Below, piece after piece: positions 26,291 to 39,405 of a DNA stretch of 47,902 nucleotides. This stretch comes from Octopus bimaculoides. Taxonomy: Eukaryota. Each line of letters starts with the position of its first letter. The stretch's first letter is position 1. The translations under genes and the position numbers were made by a program. The stretch spans positions 51,158,221 to 51,206,122 of the forward strand of contig NC_068998.1 of assembly GCF_001194135.2 (NCBI RefSeq). Direction: 5' to 3'. The notes beneath the pieces were generated by a model, which saw only the letters and a list, made by a program, of their open reading frames with translations, had not been told where the DNA came from and did no database searches.

Positions 26291-26348
<58 letters not shown>

Positions 26349-26512
26349 TTATGTATACTACATAATACATACATACAAACATACATGCATGCATACATGC
26401 ATGCATACAAACATGCATACCTACATACATCCATCCATCCATCCATACATACATACATACATACATACATACATACACACAAACTGACACACATACACAT
26501 GAACGTATGGTT

Positions 26513-26614
26513 GCAGACGTGACCGAGGGGCAAGAAGCTTGCTTCCCAATTACATGGTTCTGGGTTAAGTCCCATTGCATAGCATCTTGGACAAGTGTCT
26601 TCTACTATAACCTC
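26513..26614 (+). mobile_element. SINE family B 5' head (3'-truncated)
   Basis: GCAGACGTGACCGAGGGGCAAGAAGCTTGCTTCCCAATTACATGGTTCTGGGTTAAGTCCCA...CTTGGACAAGTGTCTTCTACTATAACCTC; the inverse of 35190-35275 and 38190-38264. Confidence 0.85.
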
Positions 26615-26737
26615 AAAAGAGATCCGACATAATTTTATATAGACTAAAGACTGGAATTTGTTACAACAGAAGGAAATCCGTTGGAATTTTACTTACATAC
26701 GTTGAATCATACAGGCGTAAAGGCAAATATACGAGGA

Positions 26738-26749
26738 TGATAGATAGAT

Positions 26750-26812
<63 letters not shown>
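26738..26812. repeat. (GATA)n microsatellite
   Basis: Read directly. Confidence 0.97.
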
Positions 26813-27539
26813 CAGTGATATCATTATATTTATTTGACTTATATTACTCATTGATAGTGATATTTACAAGGAAAAATGACCTATAAATTATGAACATGGC
26901 GCTCAAAATCTCCCTCGGTTAAAAGACACCGTAATTATTTATCAAGTTATATATTTTCTTTCACTGTATAACCCACAATTGACTGTTAAAATCTAGCGGT
27001 TTCCTTTAAGAAGAAACCTTTATCTAAGAGAATTGCAACAGTTAACAAAGGAATTTAGGAGTAAACCGGGAATACTTGTTCATGCAGGTAAATATTAATA
27101 GCTAGATAACTAAATGTCGTGACGTAGTATTCCTGTATTTATTTTTTATTCTTCCGTTATCTACTGACGTCATCGTAAGTTTAAATACTAAACTGGATTT
27201 TCTTAGAATATTATATTTCCTTTTGTATGCATTCATGCAGATATTAGAGATATTATCTCAGTTCACTTTGAATTTAATCCGTTTTGAGTTAACTCGATAA
27301 CGTTGCGTTAGCATAAATATATATTGCTTTGACTGTTATTTTCAAACTTTTTTTCTAATTCTTAATTTGGTGGCGCAATAGGATAGATCGTCGTTGAGGT
27401 ATGGTGCGATCATCTATTAAACATGTGGTTTTCTCCATTTTTGTTATATATGTTGTTATATATGTGAATGTATGTGTGTATGTGTGCGTGCGTGCGTATG
27501 TATGGGTGCGCGCGTGTGTATTATATATATATATATACG

Positions 27540-27593
<54 letters not shown>

Positions 27594-27838
27594 AATAAGG
27601 ATAAGATCGGTATTTAAAATATTGNNNNNNNNNNNNNNNNNNNNNNNNNNNNNNNNNNNNNNNNNNNNNNNNNNNNNNNNNNNNNNNNNNNNNNNNNNNN
27701 NNNNNNNNNNNNNNNNNNNNNNNNNNNNNNNNNNNNNNNNNNNNNNNNNNNNNNNNNNNNTTATAATTTTAAATATATATATATATATATAGACACACAT
27801 GTAAACGTCTATTAAAGATGTGATTTCCACCATTTTTG

Positions 27839-27887
<49 letters not shown>

Positions 27888-28087
27888 CTGGTATGTTGTG
27901 GAATAGTTTTATAAGACATCCGTTTGATATATATATACACAGACATGCAGGAAGTAAATAAACGTCTTTAATTTTCAAAATCTCTGATTTTAGCGGATTA
28001 ATATGTTTTCAGCGGTGTAGAATTTACAATGTAATTATTCTTTTTCATTCCAGGCGCCATTATATTAAACATATGGGAAGAGTAAAC

Positions 28088-28165
28088 ATGCCACGCACTA
28101 AAAATTCACAACAGTTAGATTTTCAAAGAGGTCGTTTTGTTGGACAATCTGAGGTGATTGAATAA
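28088..28165 (+). mobile_element. Probable Tc1-family transposase N-terminal fragment
   Basis: MPRTKNSQQLDFQRGRFVGQSEVIE* resembles the (L)xDF(E/Q)RGxIVG start of Tc1 paired-like DNA-binding domains. Only about 22 aa are recognisable and I found no TIR. Confidence 0.5.
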
Positions 28166-28639
28166 GAATTGGAAGATACAGAAATTCTAGAAGTCACCAA
28201 AGCAGCCGGGTGTCTAAGGAAAATCGTAATGTAAATTACAGCTTTTGCGTTTTATTCCTTCTCACAGTTGGCTTGTCAGCCCTGTTAGTTTCGCTAGACC
28301 CCAGTGTTGAACCTAATCCTGGGCCAATGGATTGATTTTTGTGTTTTTTCATTTGGATTAAAACAATATAACATTGGCACTGGTTCGGCATTACGTGTCA
28401 AAAGTTAATGAATGCGATCTATATTGTAATGTGATACAATATTGTTTTACATTTATTCTTTCACTTTTCATTCTAATGTGACATAAGTAAGATCATCTTA
28501 TTTCTATTTGAAATAAATGAATAATTTATATCATAATGTGAACAACATTAAGAATCGCCGACTTTCCGTCTTTATGGCCACGTTAGCGGAATGGTGTGTC
28601 AGTGTATGAGTGTTGAGTGACATATCGAACGGTTGGAGG

Positions 28640-28848
28640 TGAAACTCTTGACAAAAGCAATGAGGTGGCATTATACAAAACTGAAGGCAGGAGTCTCAAG
28701 GGAGAAGGGAAATGAGACTTTCACAAGATCAGCAAATGCGTGTGCCTGGTGAACCCTTATCATGATGGGTATATTGGGCTTCGTATGTATTACCCGTATC
28801 ACTTTCATGGCATCCACTGTTTTTTCACTCAATAATAATAATAATAAT
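28640..28848 (+). mobile_element. Probable retroposon 3' tail ending in (AAT)6, family unassigned
   Basis: GC-richer block ending ...GATGGGTATATTGGGCTTCGTATGTATTACCCGTATCACTTTCATGGCATCCACTGTTTTTTCACTC(AAT)6. I recall this tail from octopus repeats but cannot verify it here. Confidence 0.45.
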
Positions 28849-29497
28849 GAAGATCTAAGGGTATCTTTTTAAAACTTTTGTCTTAAACCTGAACAATCGT
28901 TAAAGTCAAGACGATTTATTGACACTGCATTGAACTAGTTCACTCTCTCTCACTCTTTCTCTCTCTCTCACTTCCTCTCTATCCCTCTCTCTTTCACGCT
29001 TCCTCCCTCGCATTATACCCATATTTCTCCCCTACCCCACCTCTATCTCTCCGTCTTACTACCCCTCCCTCCTTCCTCCTTACTGTATGTCTTTATATCC
29101 TGTCTCATGTTATACTCGTTCGCACTGCATCATCAGCAACGAAAGCACAAATGAGATACAGGTGAATAAAATCAATTTGTTATTTATTGATTACTCTATC
29201 AGTCCATTTATCAGTCTAAGCCTACAGAAATTAAACACATACACGCATACATACACGTATACATACACGCATATATACAAACACACGCGCGCACGCGCAC
29301 GTTCTAATATTTATTAAGTGTTCCATTTAGTCGAACTTATTTCTCTGTTATTTTTTCTTTTTAGTTTTTGTTTAGAGAACTTTTATATTATTGATTTCTC
29401 TCTTTGCAACTTCTATAATTATATTCATTTACAACATTTTAAAACTTTTCTCCACCTGGCTTTTGCTAATTGTTCACATATATATGTATATATACAT

Positions 29498-29534
<37 letters not shown>

Positions 29535-29581
29535 TAGATAGATAGATATAAATTTATTTATGAGGGTAGAAATTAATATAT

Positions 29582-29623
<42 letters not shown>

Positions 29624-30002
29624 CGTCAGTGTATCATATGTCCAAAAGACAAGCAAACTCTAAGACATAGAGCAGTAATGTACTTATGTAGTTAAGCCTA
29701 TGTCGGGTCATAGAGTGACCAATGGTTTTTCGTATCCACAAAGGGCTTAGCCCCATGCACGTTTCGTTAGACTTTAAAGCCGAAGAAAACTGTAATTCTT
29801 CAGTTCTGGGAGGTAGGAATTCGTTAGTCATTTGGTCAGTAATTCACCAAAGAATAAATAGTCTGGTGTCAGCGAGGACGGGTTATCACCTTTAGACCAG
29901 TTCATCTAGGCTAAAAGAGCGGGGAACAAGGGATTTTTTCCTTGAGTTGTTTTACGATCGTAAAGACCCTTCCAGGTCTAATCGGAGAACGGGGAATTAC
30001 AT

Positions 30003-30400
30003 GCTTGCAGCAGGTAGTGTTTGTAATGGATGCAAGGACTAAATTCCCTGGTGAGCGTTCAGTGATTCACGTTTCAGACAGTCTTTGAGTATCCTTGTTC
30101 TCTCAACTATATAAAGCTTGAAGTGTTAACCCTCTTTAATGTAGGGTCTCAATCGCTCCAAGATTCTCCACTTGATATCGTATGGGTTCCTTTAATTTTT
30201 GAGGCGTCAAACGTAGCTGGACAGGAATGTGATAAATCGTCTTTACTGAATCCTGAAAGAGGACTTGTGGTTGTACAAGCACTGCTTGATGGCCGTCCCA
30301 GGTGATCTGATGTACTTCCAGCCTTGCGTGTTAGTTGTGCTCGCATTACTGGTGCATCTTCGGTTGATTCCGGACCTGGAGATGTTCTTGTCGCCGTTGT
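30003..30400 (-). mobile_element. Penelope-like element remnant, GIY-YIG endonuclease C-terminal half
   Basis: The frame offset from the listed 93-aa ORF reads RRCTSNASTTNTQGWKYIRSPGTAIKQCLYNHKSSFRIQ*RRFITFLSSYV*RLKN*RNPYDIKWRILERLRPYIKEG*HFKLYIVERTRIL...SLN, matching the YIG...NHKSSF...LSxY(I/V)WxLK...IKWxIL...PY pattern of PLE GIY-YIG domains. Confidence 0.85.
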
Positions 30401-30418
30401 TGCTAGAGCTGCCATCGG

Positions 30419-30469
30419 TAAGAGTATCATTATGATAAGAGTATCATTATGATAAGAGTATCATTATGA
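30419..30469. repeat. 17-bp unit TAAGAGTATCATTATGA, 3 perfect copies
   Basis: Read directly. Confidence 0.95.
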
Positions 30470-31589
30470 GGCGTTGGTTCAGCGATATCGCTGCGGCTGT
30501 TGTCATTGTGATTCTAATGGGATTTTGTTGCTCTTTCAAGCATTATCTACAATTTATGTAGTGAAGATTGAAACCACTTCGCGAGGTCGTCTGCTCTTTT
30601 AATAGAATTTTATGCAATGTACTTATCCTCCTTTTCATTTTTTTAAAATGCAGTATAGCATGATTCTAATGAGATTTGGCTGCTATTTCAAGCATTATCT
30701 ACAACTGAAATTGCTTTGTGAAATAGCCATTTTAGTTGATACAACTTAAATCGTTCTCTATTACTCGCCATAACGGTTGTGTTAATACTGCGCAGTTTAA
30801 TGGCGGCTAATAAAATTTCTAAAGGTTATTCAGCTAAAGTGACTTGTTACTATTTATATAAAACCATCCAAGAAAAAAAAATGATTTATTTATAGGAATT
30901 ATTTCTAGTTCAGTTACAAAATAACATCATGGTCAGATATAAATTAAATCGACTATGACAAACCTTTAACCACCTTCTATTCCACCATTTCCACTACCTA
31001 CAACAACAACAATAACAATGACAACACCAATTGTTTAATTACAGAGCAGCCAAATTTTTTGTGTTGTTAGATCTATCACAATTCTGTTATTTTCTCGATT
31101 TGTGTTTTATCTATTGTATTAAACAAAAGAAAACAGTCGTGACACCGCAATCTTTTTTTATAGGCAATTAGATAAAACTTCCTTTCTTCTCTTCATTAAT
31201 AGTCTAGACTTGGCAATACAGCATATAAATATCATTATTGTTTTCTATGTGAATTATTTTTTTAAATGAAGAATTCCAATTTATACGGACATGATATAGT
31301 TATTTGAAATCAATATGAATTTTTACCTTAGATTTGCTGACTAAAATGCCAGTCTAAAATGCCAGTCTATCCAGCGAAAAAGCGAAAGTTTTATGATTCA
31401 TAACGCTCTTTCAATTTAAGACAGATAAATTTGATTCGTTTTCTAAGAATTCGAAAGCTGTAATCCAGCATGATGGAAAACTTATGACTGAAACATAAAA
31501 TTGCTAAAAGAACACTCAGAGTGAGAAAGAAGGGATGCGTTCTTGGATCGTTGCCAGGCTTCGCAGGTACAAACAAGAGGTGTTCTTGG

Positions 31590-31820
31590 ATCCATAGAAA
31601 TGGTGACTTGCTTTCCATGATGCATAAGAAATCGAGATCACAATATTTCTTCTGGGCGAGACTACGGTCAACCGTAGGGTTACTCATTTAGAGATCAGAG
31701 AATTTGATCAACGTGAAAGCAAATGTTTTCCTTAACAACACAGCATATCACCCGATCTGGGAATCGAAATCATGAGCTTGCTATCGCGAAGCAGCACCCA
31801 AATCGCAAGGCTACACCAAC
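31590..31820 (-). mobile_element. Degenerate SINE (family C-like head plus body)
   Basis: GGTTACTCATTT...GATCAACGTGAAAGCAAATG...CCCGATCTGGGAATCGAAATC...GCTATCGCGAAGCAGCACCC; the B-box reads GATTTCGATTCCC on the minus strand. Confidence 0.65.
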
Positions 31821-31911
31821 TTTACACTTCAGAGATAGGAAGGGAGAAAGAAAAGAAGGTATCGTTAGTTAGGAGATCTGGTCCGAATGCTTGTGATGCA
31901 GTGGCCCCCAT

Positions 31912-31936
31912 AAGATAGATAGATAGATAGATAGAT

Positions 31937-31967
<31 letters not shown>

Positions 31968-32016
31968 TAGATAGATGGATAGATAGATAGATAGATAGAT
32001 GGATAGATAGATAGAT
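31912..32016. repeat. (GATA/GATG)n microsatellite
   Basis: Read directly. Confidence 0.96.
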
Positions 32017-33634
32017 GTTGTACTGTATCAACCAGACAATCAAATGTTGTGATACACCACAGTTACACATATTATTGCTTTTCCTCGTATTACTGAAGCT
32101 TTCGAACAATACCACACCGCGGGCTGGGGAGTCGGGCGAAATTCCTCCCTCAACGGAACGCCAGTCATTTACACCCGAGTGGTCTCCAGCATTGTGAAAT
32201 ATTATAACAAACGAAAGAGTTTCGCTTACGCATATATGCATACGTAAATATATGTGTACACACATACATACATACATACATACATACACATACGCACATA
32301 CACATACGCCAGTATATATGTTTGTGTGTTTTTTGTATATATACTTTTATATACATATATATGATCAGTTATATGTACATGCACATACATGCATGCGTAT
32401 ATACATACATATATGCACACATATATATATGTACATATGAAAAAATGCTTATATGCATATATATATATATAGATAGATGCATGCAAACACACGTATATAG
32501 AAAGATATACATACATATGTATATATATATAAACATATATATANNNNNNNNNNNNNNNNNNNNNNNNNNNNNNNNNNNNNNNNNNNNNNNNNNNNNNNNN
32601 NNNNNNNNNNNNNNNNNNNNNNNNNNNNNNNNNNNNNNNNNNNNNNNNNNNNNNNNNNNNNNNNNNNNNNNNNNNNNNNNNNNNNNNNNNNNNNNNNNNN
32701 NNNNNNNNNNNNNNNNNNNNNNNNNNNNNNNNNNNNNNNNNNNNNNNNNNNNNNNNNNNNNNNNNNNNNNNNNNNNNNNNNNNNNNNNNNNNNNNNNNNN
32801 NNNNNNNNNNNNNNNNNNNNNNNNNNNNNNNNNNNNNNNNNNNNNNNNNNNNNNNNNNNNNNNNNNNNNNNNNNNNNNNNNNNNNNNNNNNNNNNNNNNN
32901 NNNNNNNNNNNNTATATATATATATATATAAACATAGATACATATGTGCTAGTATGTGCATGTGTGTGCATGAGTGTATGGGTGTGCGCACGCGTGCGTG
33001 TTTGTTAATGTGTCTTTCCTGAAACTAAAATTTCTCGTATAGACATGACTACCGAAGCAGTTAAATAGATTTTTGGCATGTTCTTCATATGCTCTCTCAG
33101 AACTAATGGCCAACAACGCAGAATACCATCATATTTTGTCCTTCTAAAGCAGTTTATGACATAACATTCTGTTCGTGCCGTGTCTGGGCGAACACATTGA
33201 CTACACATGTATGGGTGATAATATTTATGCCGGAATACATTCCGGAATTGAAATTATAGAATTGTTATTGATATCACAGAAGCCGTTTCAGATATTATGA
33301 GACGTTAAGCAATACAGCCGAGTACATTCATCTTAGGAACGTTTCTTTGAAAGTCTGAGCATTAAAGTACGTTCCAACATGATCTGAAGAAACAGGAATA
33401 GTAGCGGAATGTTCAACGCAACGATAAATCTGTTTTAATTTGCTAGTGGCAAATTCGCGAAAGTATAGAAGTAGCACTGAGATCGTGCAGTAACTACGCC
33501 GATAAAAATTCTTTGCAAAGAGTGTGTATGTGTGTGTATTTGTGTGTGTGCATGCGCTTGTGTGTGTGTGTCTTTATACACATACACATAAATATATGTA
33601 TATACAAACACATATACATGTCGATATATATATA

Positions 33635-33698
<64 letters not shown>

Positions 33699-33780
33699 GA
33701 AATACGATCATATATATATATATATATATATACATATATATATGTATATATATGTATATATATGTGCGTATATATATATG

Positions 33781-33872
33781 TACATGTAAATAGATGTATA
33801 CATACATATATACATGCATATATATGTACATGTAAATAGATATATACATACGTATATACATGCATATATATA
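33781..33872. repeat. 46-bp near-perfect tandem duplication within a TA/TG-rich tract
   Basis: TACATGTAAATAGATGTATACATACATATATACATGCATATATATG is followed by a copy with about 2 substitutions. Confidence 0.85.
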
Positions 33873-34803
33873 TNNNNNNNNNNNNNNNNNNNNNNNNNNN
33901 NNNNNNNNNNNNNNNNNNNNNNNNNNNNNNNNNNNNNNNNNNNNNNNNNNNNNNNNNNNNNNNNNNNNNNNNNNNNNNNNNNNNNNNNNNNNNNNNNNNN
34001 NNNNNNNNNNNNNNNNNNNNNNNNNNNNNNNNNNNNNNNNNNNNNNNNNNNNNNNNNNNNNNNNNNNNNNNNNNNNNNNNNNNNNNNNNNNNNNNNNNNN
34101 NNNNNNNNNNNNNNNNNNNNNNNNNNNNNNNATATATATATATATATATATATATATACAAACATAAATACATACAAATTAGCTGAAAGTAGCAGTATTT
34201 GTAATGGATGATAATTGTATGAGCATGAATATATATATATATATATATACACATGTGTGTGTGTGTGTGTGCGTGTTTAAATCCATCTGCAGACACACGT
34301 ACACGCAGACAATCAAACACATTCATATTCTTAGAAGGCCCACAATGAATTCATAGACATGAAATTATTGCATTAACCTTTATCTTTTATGGTCTACATA
34401 TTTCTATAATAAAAAAGAAAAAAAATTCCGAATGTGGTAGGATTAGTAACGGCAGAATGAGTTCGTTAAATCCATACTGTCATATATAGTCCCATAAGTT
34501 TGCAGCGTGAGTTCAAATCTTACTGAGTTTCCATGCCATGCATCACACATTTCTCAGCGATAAAATATAATATAGAGGACATTTTTCTTTTATATTCCGC
34601 TGACCTCGTACTTGCAACGCACTCAGATACAACTCAGTCAGCCGTATAGCAGCCGCCTGATTTATTCCGTTGGTGTGTTTATCGTTTTCACATATAATAG
34701 ACCTTTTGTCTATAATCGAAAGGTAATTGATAGAATTTATTTCATTAGATAAACATACGTGTTTAGTCTATCAATTTCTGTGAATTAGGATATAAACACT
34801 CTC

Positions 34804-35275
<472 letters not shown>

Positions 35276-35849
35276 TGAAAGTGATTTTATGCAAACTATA
35301 GCAAATCAGTATACATATATAGGTATGTATATATATATAGGTATACATATATAAGTATGAAATTAAATAAATTACTATGAAACAGAAAATTCTTTTATGA
35401 ATTTCAGTAGCCTACAACTGTTTCTGCAACGAGAAGCAATGCACTCTGAGCTCAGTTCTTGTGCATCACCTTATAGCTTCCTCAGAGCTTCGAAAATGAA
35501 ACTAAAGAATATTTGTAACAACAGTTATATGTATGGAAAAGTTGACCGTCAAAACTATAAAAATAGTAAGAAATAGATTGTAAAATTTGAAGTATGAAAG
35601 CCACTCCCCATAGATAATTTTATGAATATTTATGTGCATGCAATTTCACATGACGAGACGCTGTATAATGATAACTACTCATACGCAATGACTATTGATA
35701 CGTATATATAGCAAGTAGTGAGAATAGTATATTAATACACACTGTACATATGAATGACCGTCACACAAAAGCCAATAGAAACAGATAGAATGTGAAAGAA
35801 ACAAGATTCGAGAAGGAGAGATAGAGAGAAAGAGAATGAGAGAAAGAGA

Positions 35850-35954
<105 letters not shown>

Positions 35955-36080
35955 AGAGAAAGAACGGAAAAGAGGGATAACGAAAAGAACTGCCAATGAC
36001 GTAAAACAGTTCACGAGATTTATAGTTTAAGTATCCGATCCAGATTGACAACTAACTGGCAATTACAATAGCAAGCTTAA

Positions 36081-36240
36081 GGTACATCGCTCAGTGGTCA
36101 GTGTATCAGGCTCACAATCATGAGGAAGTCAGTTCGATTCCAGGACCGGATTGTGTGTTGTGCTATTGAGCAAGACACTTTATTTCACGTTGTAGCAGCT
36201 TGCTCTGCTGTAGAAATGAGTTGCGACATCTCTGATGCTA
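36081..36240 (+). mobile_element. tRNA-derived SINE 5' half (family C-like)
   Basis: GGTACATCGCTCAGTGGTCAGTG (A-box)...AGTTCGATTCCAGG (B-box)...TTGAGCAAGACACTTTATTTCACGTTG. Confidence 0.8.
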
Positions 36241-36364
36241 AGCTGTATGTATATATGTATGCGTGTATGTATGTGTGTATGCATGTGCTGTGTATTAGCT
36301 CTTCCCTTTATCCAATTAACATTGCCCGAACAGGTGCACGGTGTACAACGCGTCTAGTGTGGAA

Positions 36365-36488
36365 ATGATCGCAGATCAACGTAAAAGGACGCGTGTACTG
36401 AAGAACACAAGGCACCAACCTAGTTAGGAAATGAAACCACGATCTCGCGATCGTTAGTATAACACCCTAAATGCTAGGCTACGCGTTC
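36365..36488 (-). mobile_element. tRNA-derived SINE head, convergent with 36081-36240
   Basis: Reverse complement: CGCGTAGCCTAGCATTTAGGGTGTTATACTAACGATCGCGAGATCGTGGTTTCATTTCC...TTGTGTTCTTCAG...TTTTACGTTG. Confidence 0.7.
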
Positions 36489-36546
36489 TCATCTGTGTGT
36501 CTCTCTCTATATATATGCATATATATATATATACTTACATATATAC

Positions 36547-36591
<45 letters not shown>

Positions 36592-37544
36592 NNNNNNNNN
36601 NNNNNNNNNNNNNNNNNNNNNNNNNNNNNNNNNNNNNNNNNNNNNNNNNNNNNNNNNNNNNNNNNNNNNNNNNNNNNNNNNNNNNNNNNNNNNNNNNNNN
36701 NNNNNNNNNNNNNNNNNNNNNNNNNNNNNNNNNNNNNNNNNNNNNNNNNNNNNNNNNNNNNNNNNNNNNNNNNNNNNNNNNNNNNNNNNNNNNNNNNNNN
36801 NNNNNNNNNNNNNNNNNNNNNNNNNNNNNNNNNNNNNNNNNNNNNNNNNNNNNNNNNNNNNNNNNNNNNNNNNNNNNNNNTATATATATATATATATATA
36901 TCTATATATATATATATATATAAGTATATATATATATATATAAGTGTGAGTGATTAGGACAGTTGAATTATAGCTTATTAGAGTTGTACGTTATTGTTTT
37001 CGTCGTTTTCGTCTTGCTCTTTTGATATCTTTAACCTCCTTTCTCATAACTGTCTGAATTTACGTGAACGTTGGTGTTATTTATTTGTTGTTGATGACTT
37101 CTATCGTACGTCTCTTGTCTATAGCCTGAAGGTAATTAATAGGTTTCATCTCATTAGATAAACGTTACATTTCTTCTCCCTTTCATAAACTTGCCACAAA
37201 TTGACCGGAATGTCACTGGAATTCGAATATATTTTTGCAAATTATATTGAAGATATTGGCATAAAAAATAATATAAACGCTTTCATATACTACGTATATC
37301 AAAGGAAACACAAGTCAGACACACGTTAGACACACATCAGACGCACGTTAGACATACACTCATACACATTCACACTCACACATATATACACACATGTACA
37401 CATACGTATATATATATATATATATATATATAAATACACGTATATATATAAATACATATACATTTATATACATGTGTGTGTGTGTATATTCATATATAGA
37501 TATATATGCATGTATGTATGTATGTGTGTATATATATATATATG

Positions 37545-37599
<55 letters not shown>

Positions 37600-37601
<2 letters not shown>

Positions 37602-38128
37602 TCCGGAATTATACGGTCGTTATATCGATGACTGTATCGGTGCGACCTCACACTCGCCGTGAACAGCTAGACTCCTTCGTCTCTTTTGTCCAATCCCTCC
37701 ATCCTGCACTCGAATTCTTCTGCACTATTTTTAACTCTTCCGTCGCATTTCTCGACATTGCTGTCAGTATAGAGTAACTCTAACCACTACAAACACACCC
37801 CTTTCTGCCCTACCCTGTACATCGGTCAAACGGGACGCCGCTTGGCTGACCGATTCGCGGAGCACCTCCAAGACGTCAGACTCGACATTGACAGCCCGGT
37901 CTCACATTATTTCCGCTGTACCGGTCATTCGCTACAACATCTGTCTGTATTCGGACTGTCTTTACACAGAGGCCATCCGGAGTCTAGCCTTCTTAGTGAA
38001 CAAGAATTAATACTTCATCGTATCACTACTGCATAAATCTCTCTGGGAGATTTAGAAATGTATTATTTTTAAGAAAGAATTAATGTCTCTTCGCTCCTTT
38101 GCACCGCATGGGCTCAACTCCCCTCCTC
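37600..38128 (+). mobile_element. Penelope-like element remnant: RT C-terminus joined by an internal deletion to GIY-YIG
   Basis: PELYGRYIDDCIGAT (frameshift) RREQLDSFVSFVQSLHPALEFFCTIFNSSVAFLDIAVSI, HYKHT, then CPTLYIGQTGRRLADRFAEHLQDVRLDIDSPVSHYF...EQELILHR, an ~65-nt interruption, and FAPHGLNS. YIDD, HP..FLD and YIGxTxR...RFxEH are diagnostic. Confidence 0.92.
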
Positions 38129-38130
38129 TG

Positions 38131-38264
38131 TTCAGTTTCCGTCGATTAAATCCACCTTACAAGAGTTTTGTCGAAACTTGCTGAAGGTGCCACTTGGTGA
38201 GACTGAAGCCAGAACCATGTGATTGGAAAGCAAGCTTCTTACCACACAGCTACACGCCTGCGCC
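38131..38264 (-). mobile_element. SINE family B 5' portion
   Basis: Reverse complement: GGCGCAGGCGTGTAGCTGTGTGGTAAGAAGCTTGCTTTCCAATCACATGGTTCTGG...GACGGAAACTGAA. Confidence 0.85.
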
Positions 38265-39326
38265 ATATATATATGTGCACGCGCGTGTGCGTGTGCGTGT
38301 GTGCGCGCGTATATATATATATATATATATATACACACGTATAAATACATAATATATATATATATATATATACATGTTTGTATGCATGTATGCATAGGCA
38401 TCTCAATGCGAGAAACAAGTCATCGTACGCTTAATTATTAGCTTAATCTAATTCACTGATCCAATGCTGTGTTGTTTATTAACATCAAATCGTGTGATAT
38501 GGCAACGGACGTGGCGATCAATGTTATTATTTGATGTATAAATTCATCTGTTCAATATAATCGATCTATTTAATTTGCCGAGATTAATCGGATTTGTTTT
38601 TGTTGTGTTTATTTTTAATTATCTATTTTCTTCGTAGGCCATGCAAATTTATAACACGATTTATTCATTAAACAGTGCCAACGCTACTACGACATTGACA
38701 AGTCCTTCTCATAAGACTTCGGCACCAATTCAGAGACATTAACAATTCAGCCTGTTGTGACCTCGAGTAGAATGATGCCATAGCATATAAGTAACCAGTC
38801 AGATATCATGGTAGAATGAAAAGGCAATAAACGTTTGACCCTTTTGATATGAATCCGCATGCGATCGCCCCTGGTCCCATGGTACAAACCTTTACTTTTA
38901 AAGCCATAGAAATTAAAATCTTTCACGGAAATTTCATGTTAGTTTATACGCCGAACACTATATTAATAATGACAGTTAGTTTACAACATTTTTCATTATT
39001 TTCAAAATTAATTGAAATCAAACAGACTATTAAAGCAGTAATATGGTCACACAACAGGGTAGACCACACGCTCACCAGTACGATGCTGCGGCAAAATGGC
39101 GAGATCCAAGGAGGGAAAATGAGTTTAATCTTCTGTAGTGATCGTGAGAATTCCTAGTCTGTTTTGGCTCTTGTTACACCCCATCAGCCAGTTATACTCA
39201 ACACTCGTAGTCGCTAAGTCTTCAGGACTCGACAGTAGGAATTGTAGTTCTTGGGATGAAATTAATTCACTGGTTTAGTCAGTTCAAAATATATAATGTC
39301 ATTCGCCAGGTCACTTCAACTACGTA

Positions 39327-39327
<1 letters not shown>

Positions 39328-39397
<70 letters not shown>

Positions 39398-39405
39398 CAC
39401 TACCA
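39328..39405. repeat. (CTA)n microsatellite
   Basis: Read directly. Confidence 0.97.

Noticed and set aside
29762-29813. CUGAAGA...GAAA pair on the minus strand downstream of the Penelope remnant (possible hammerhead ribozyme)
   Set aside because: Stem II does not close, and there is no UH cleavage triplet after a plausible stem III. CUGAAGA is instead paired in a GAAGAA/UUCUUC hairpin. An Infernal search could confirm.
30149-30430. 93-aa Ser/Thr-rich ORF that looks like a real exon
   Set aside because: It is an alternate frame of a Penelope GIY-YIG remnant, and its ATG comes from the 17-bp triplication.
31391-31687. 98-aa minus-strand ORF
   Set aside because: Its 5' part overlaps a degenerate SINE; no recognisable domain or splice signals.
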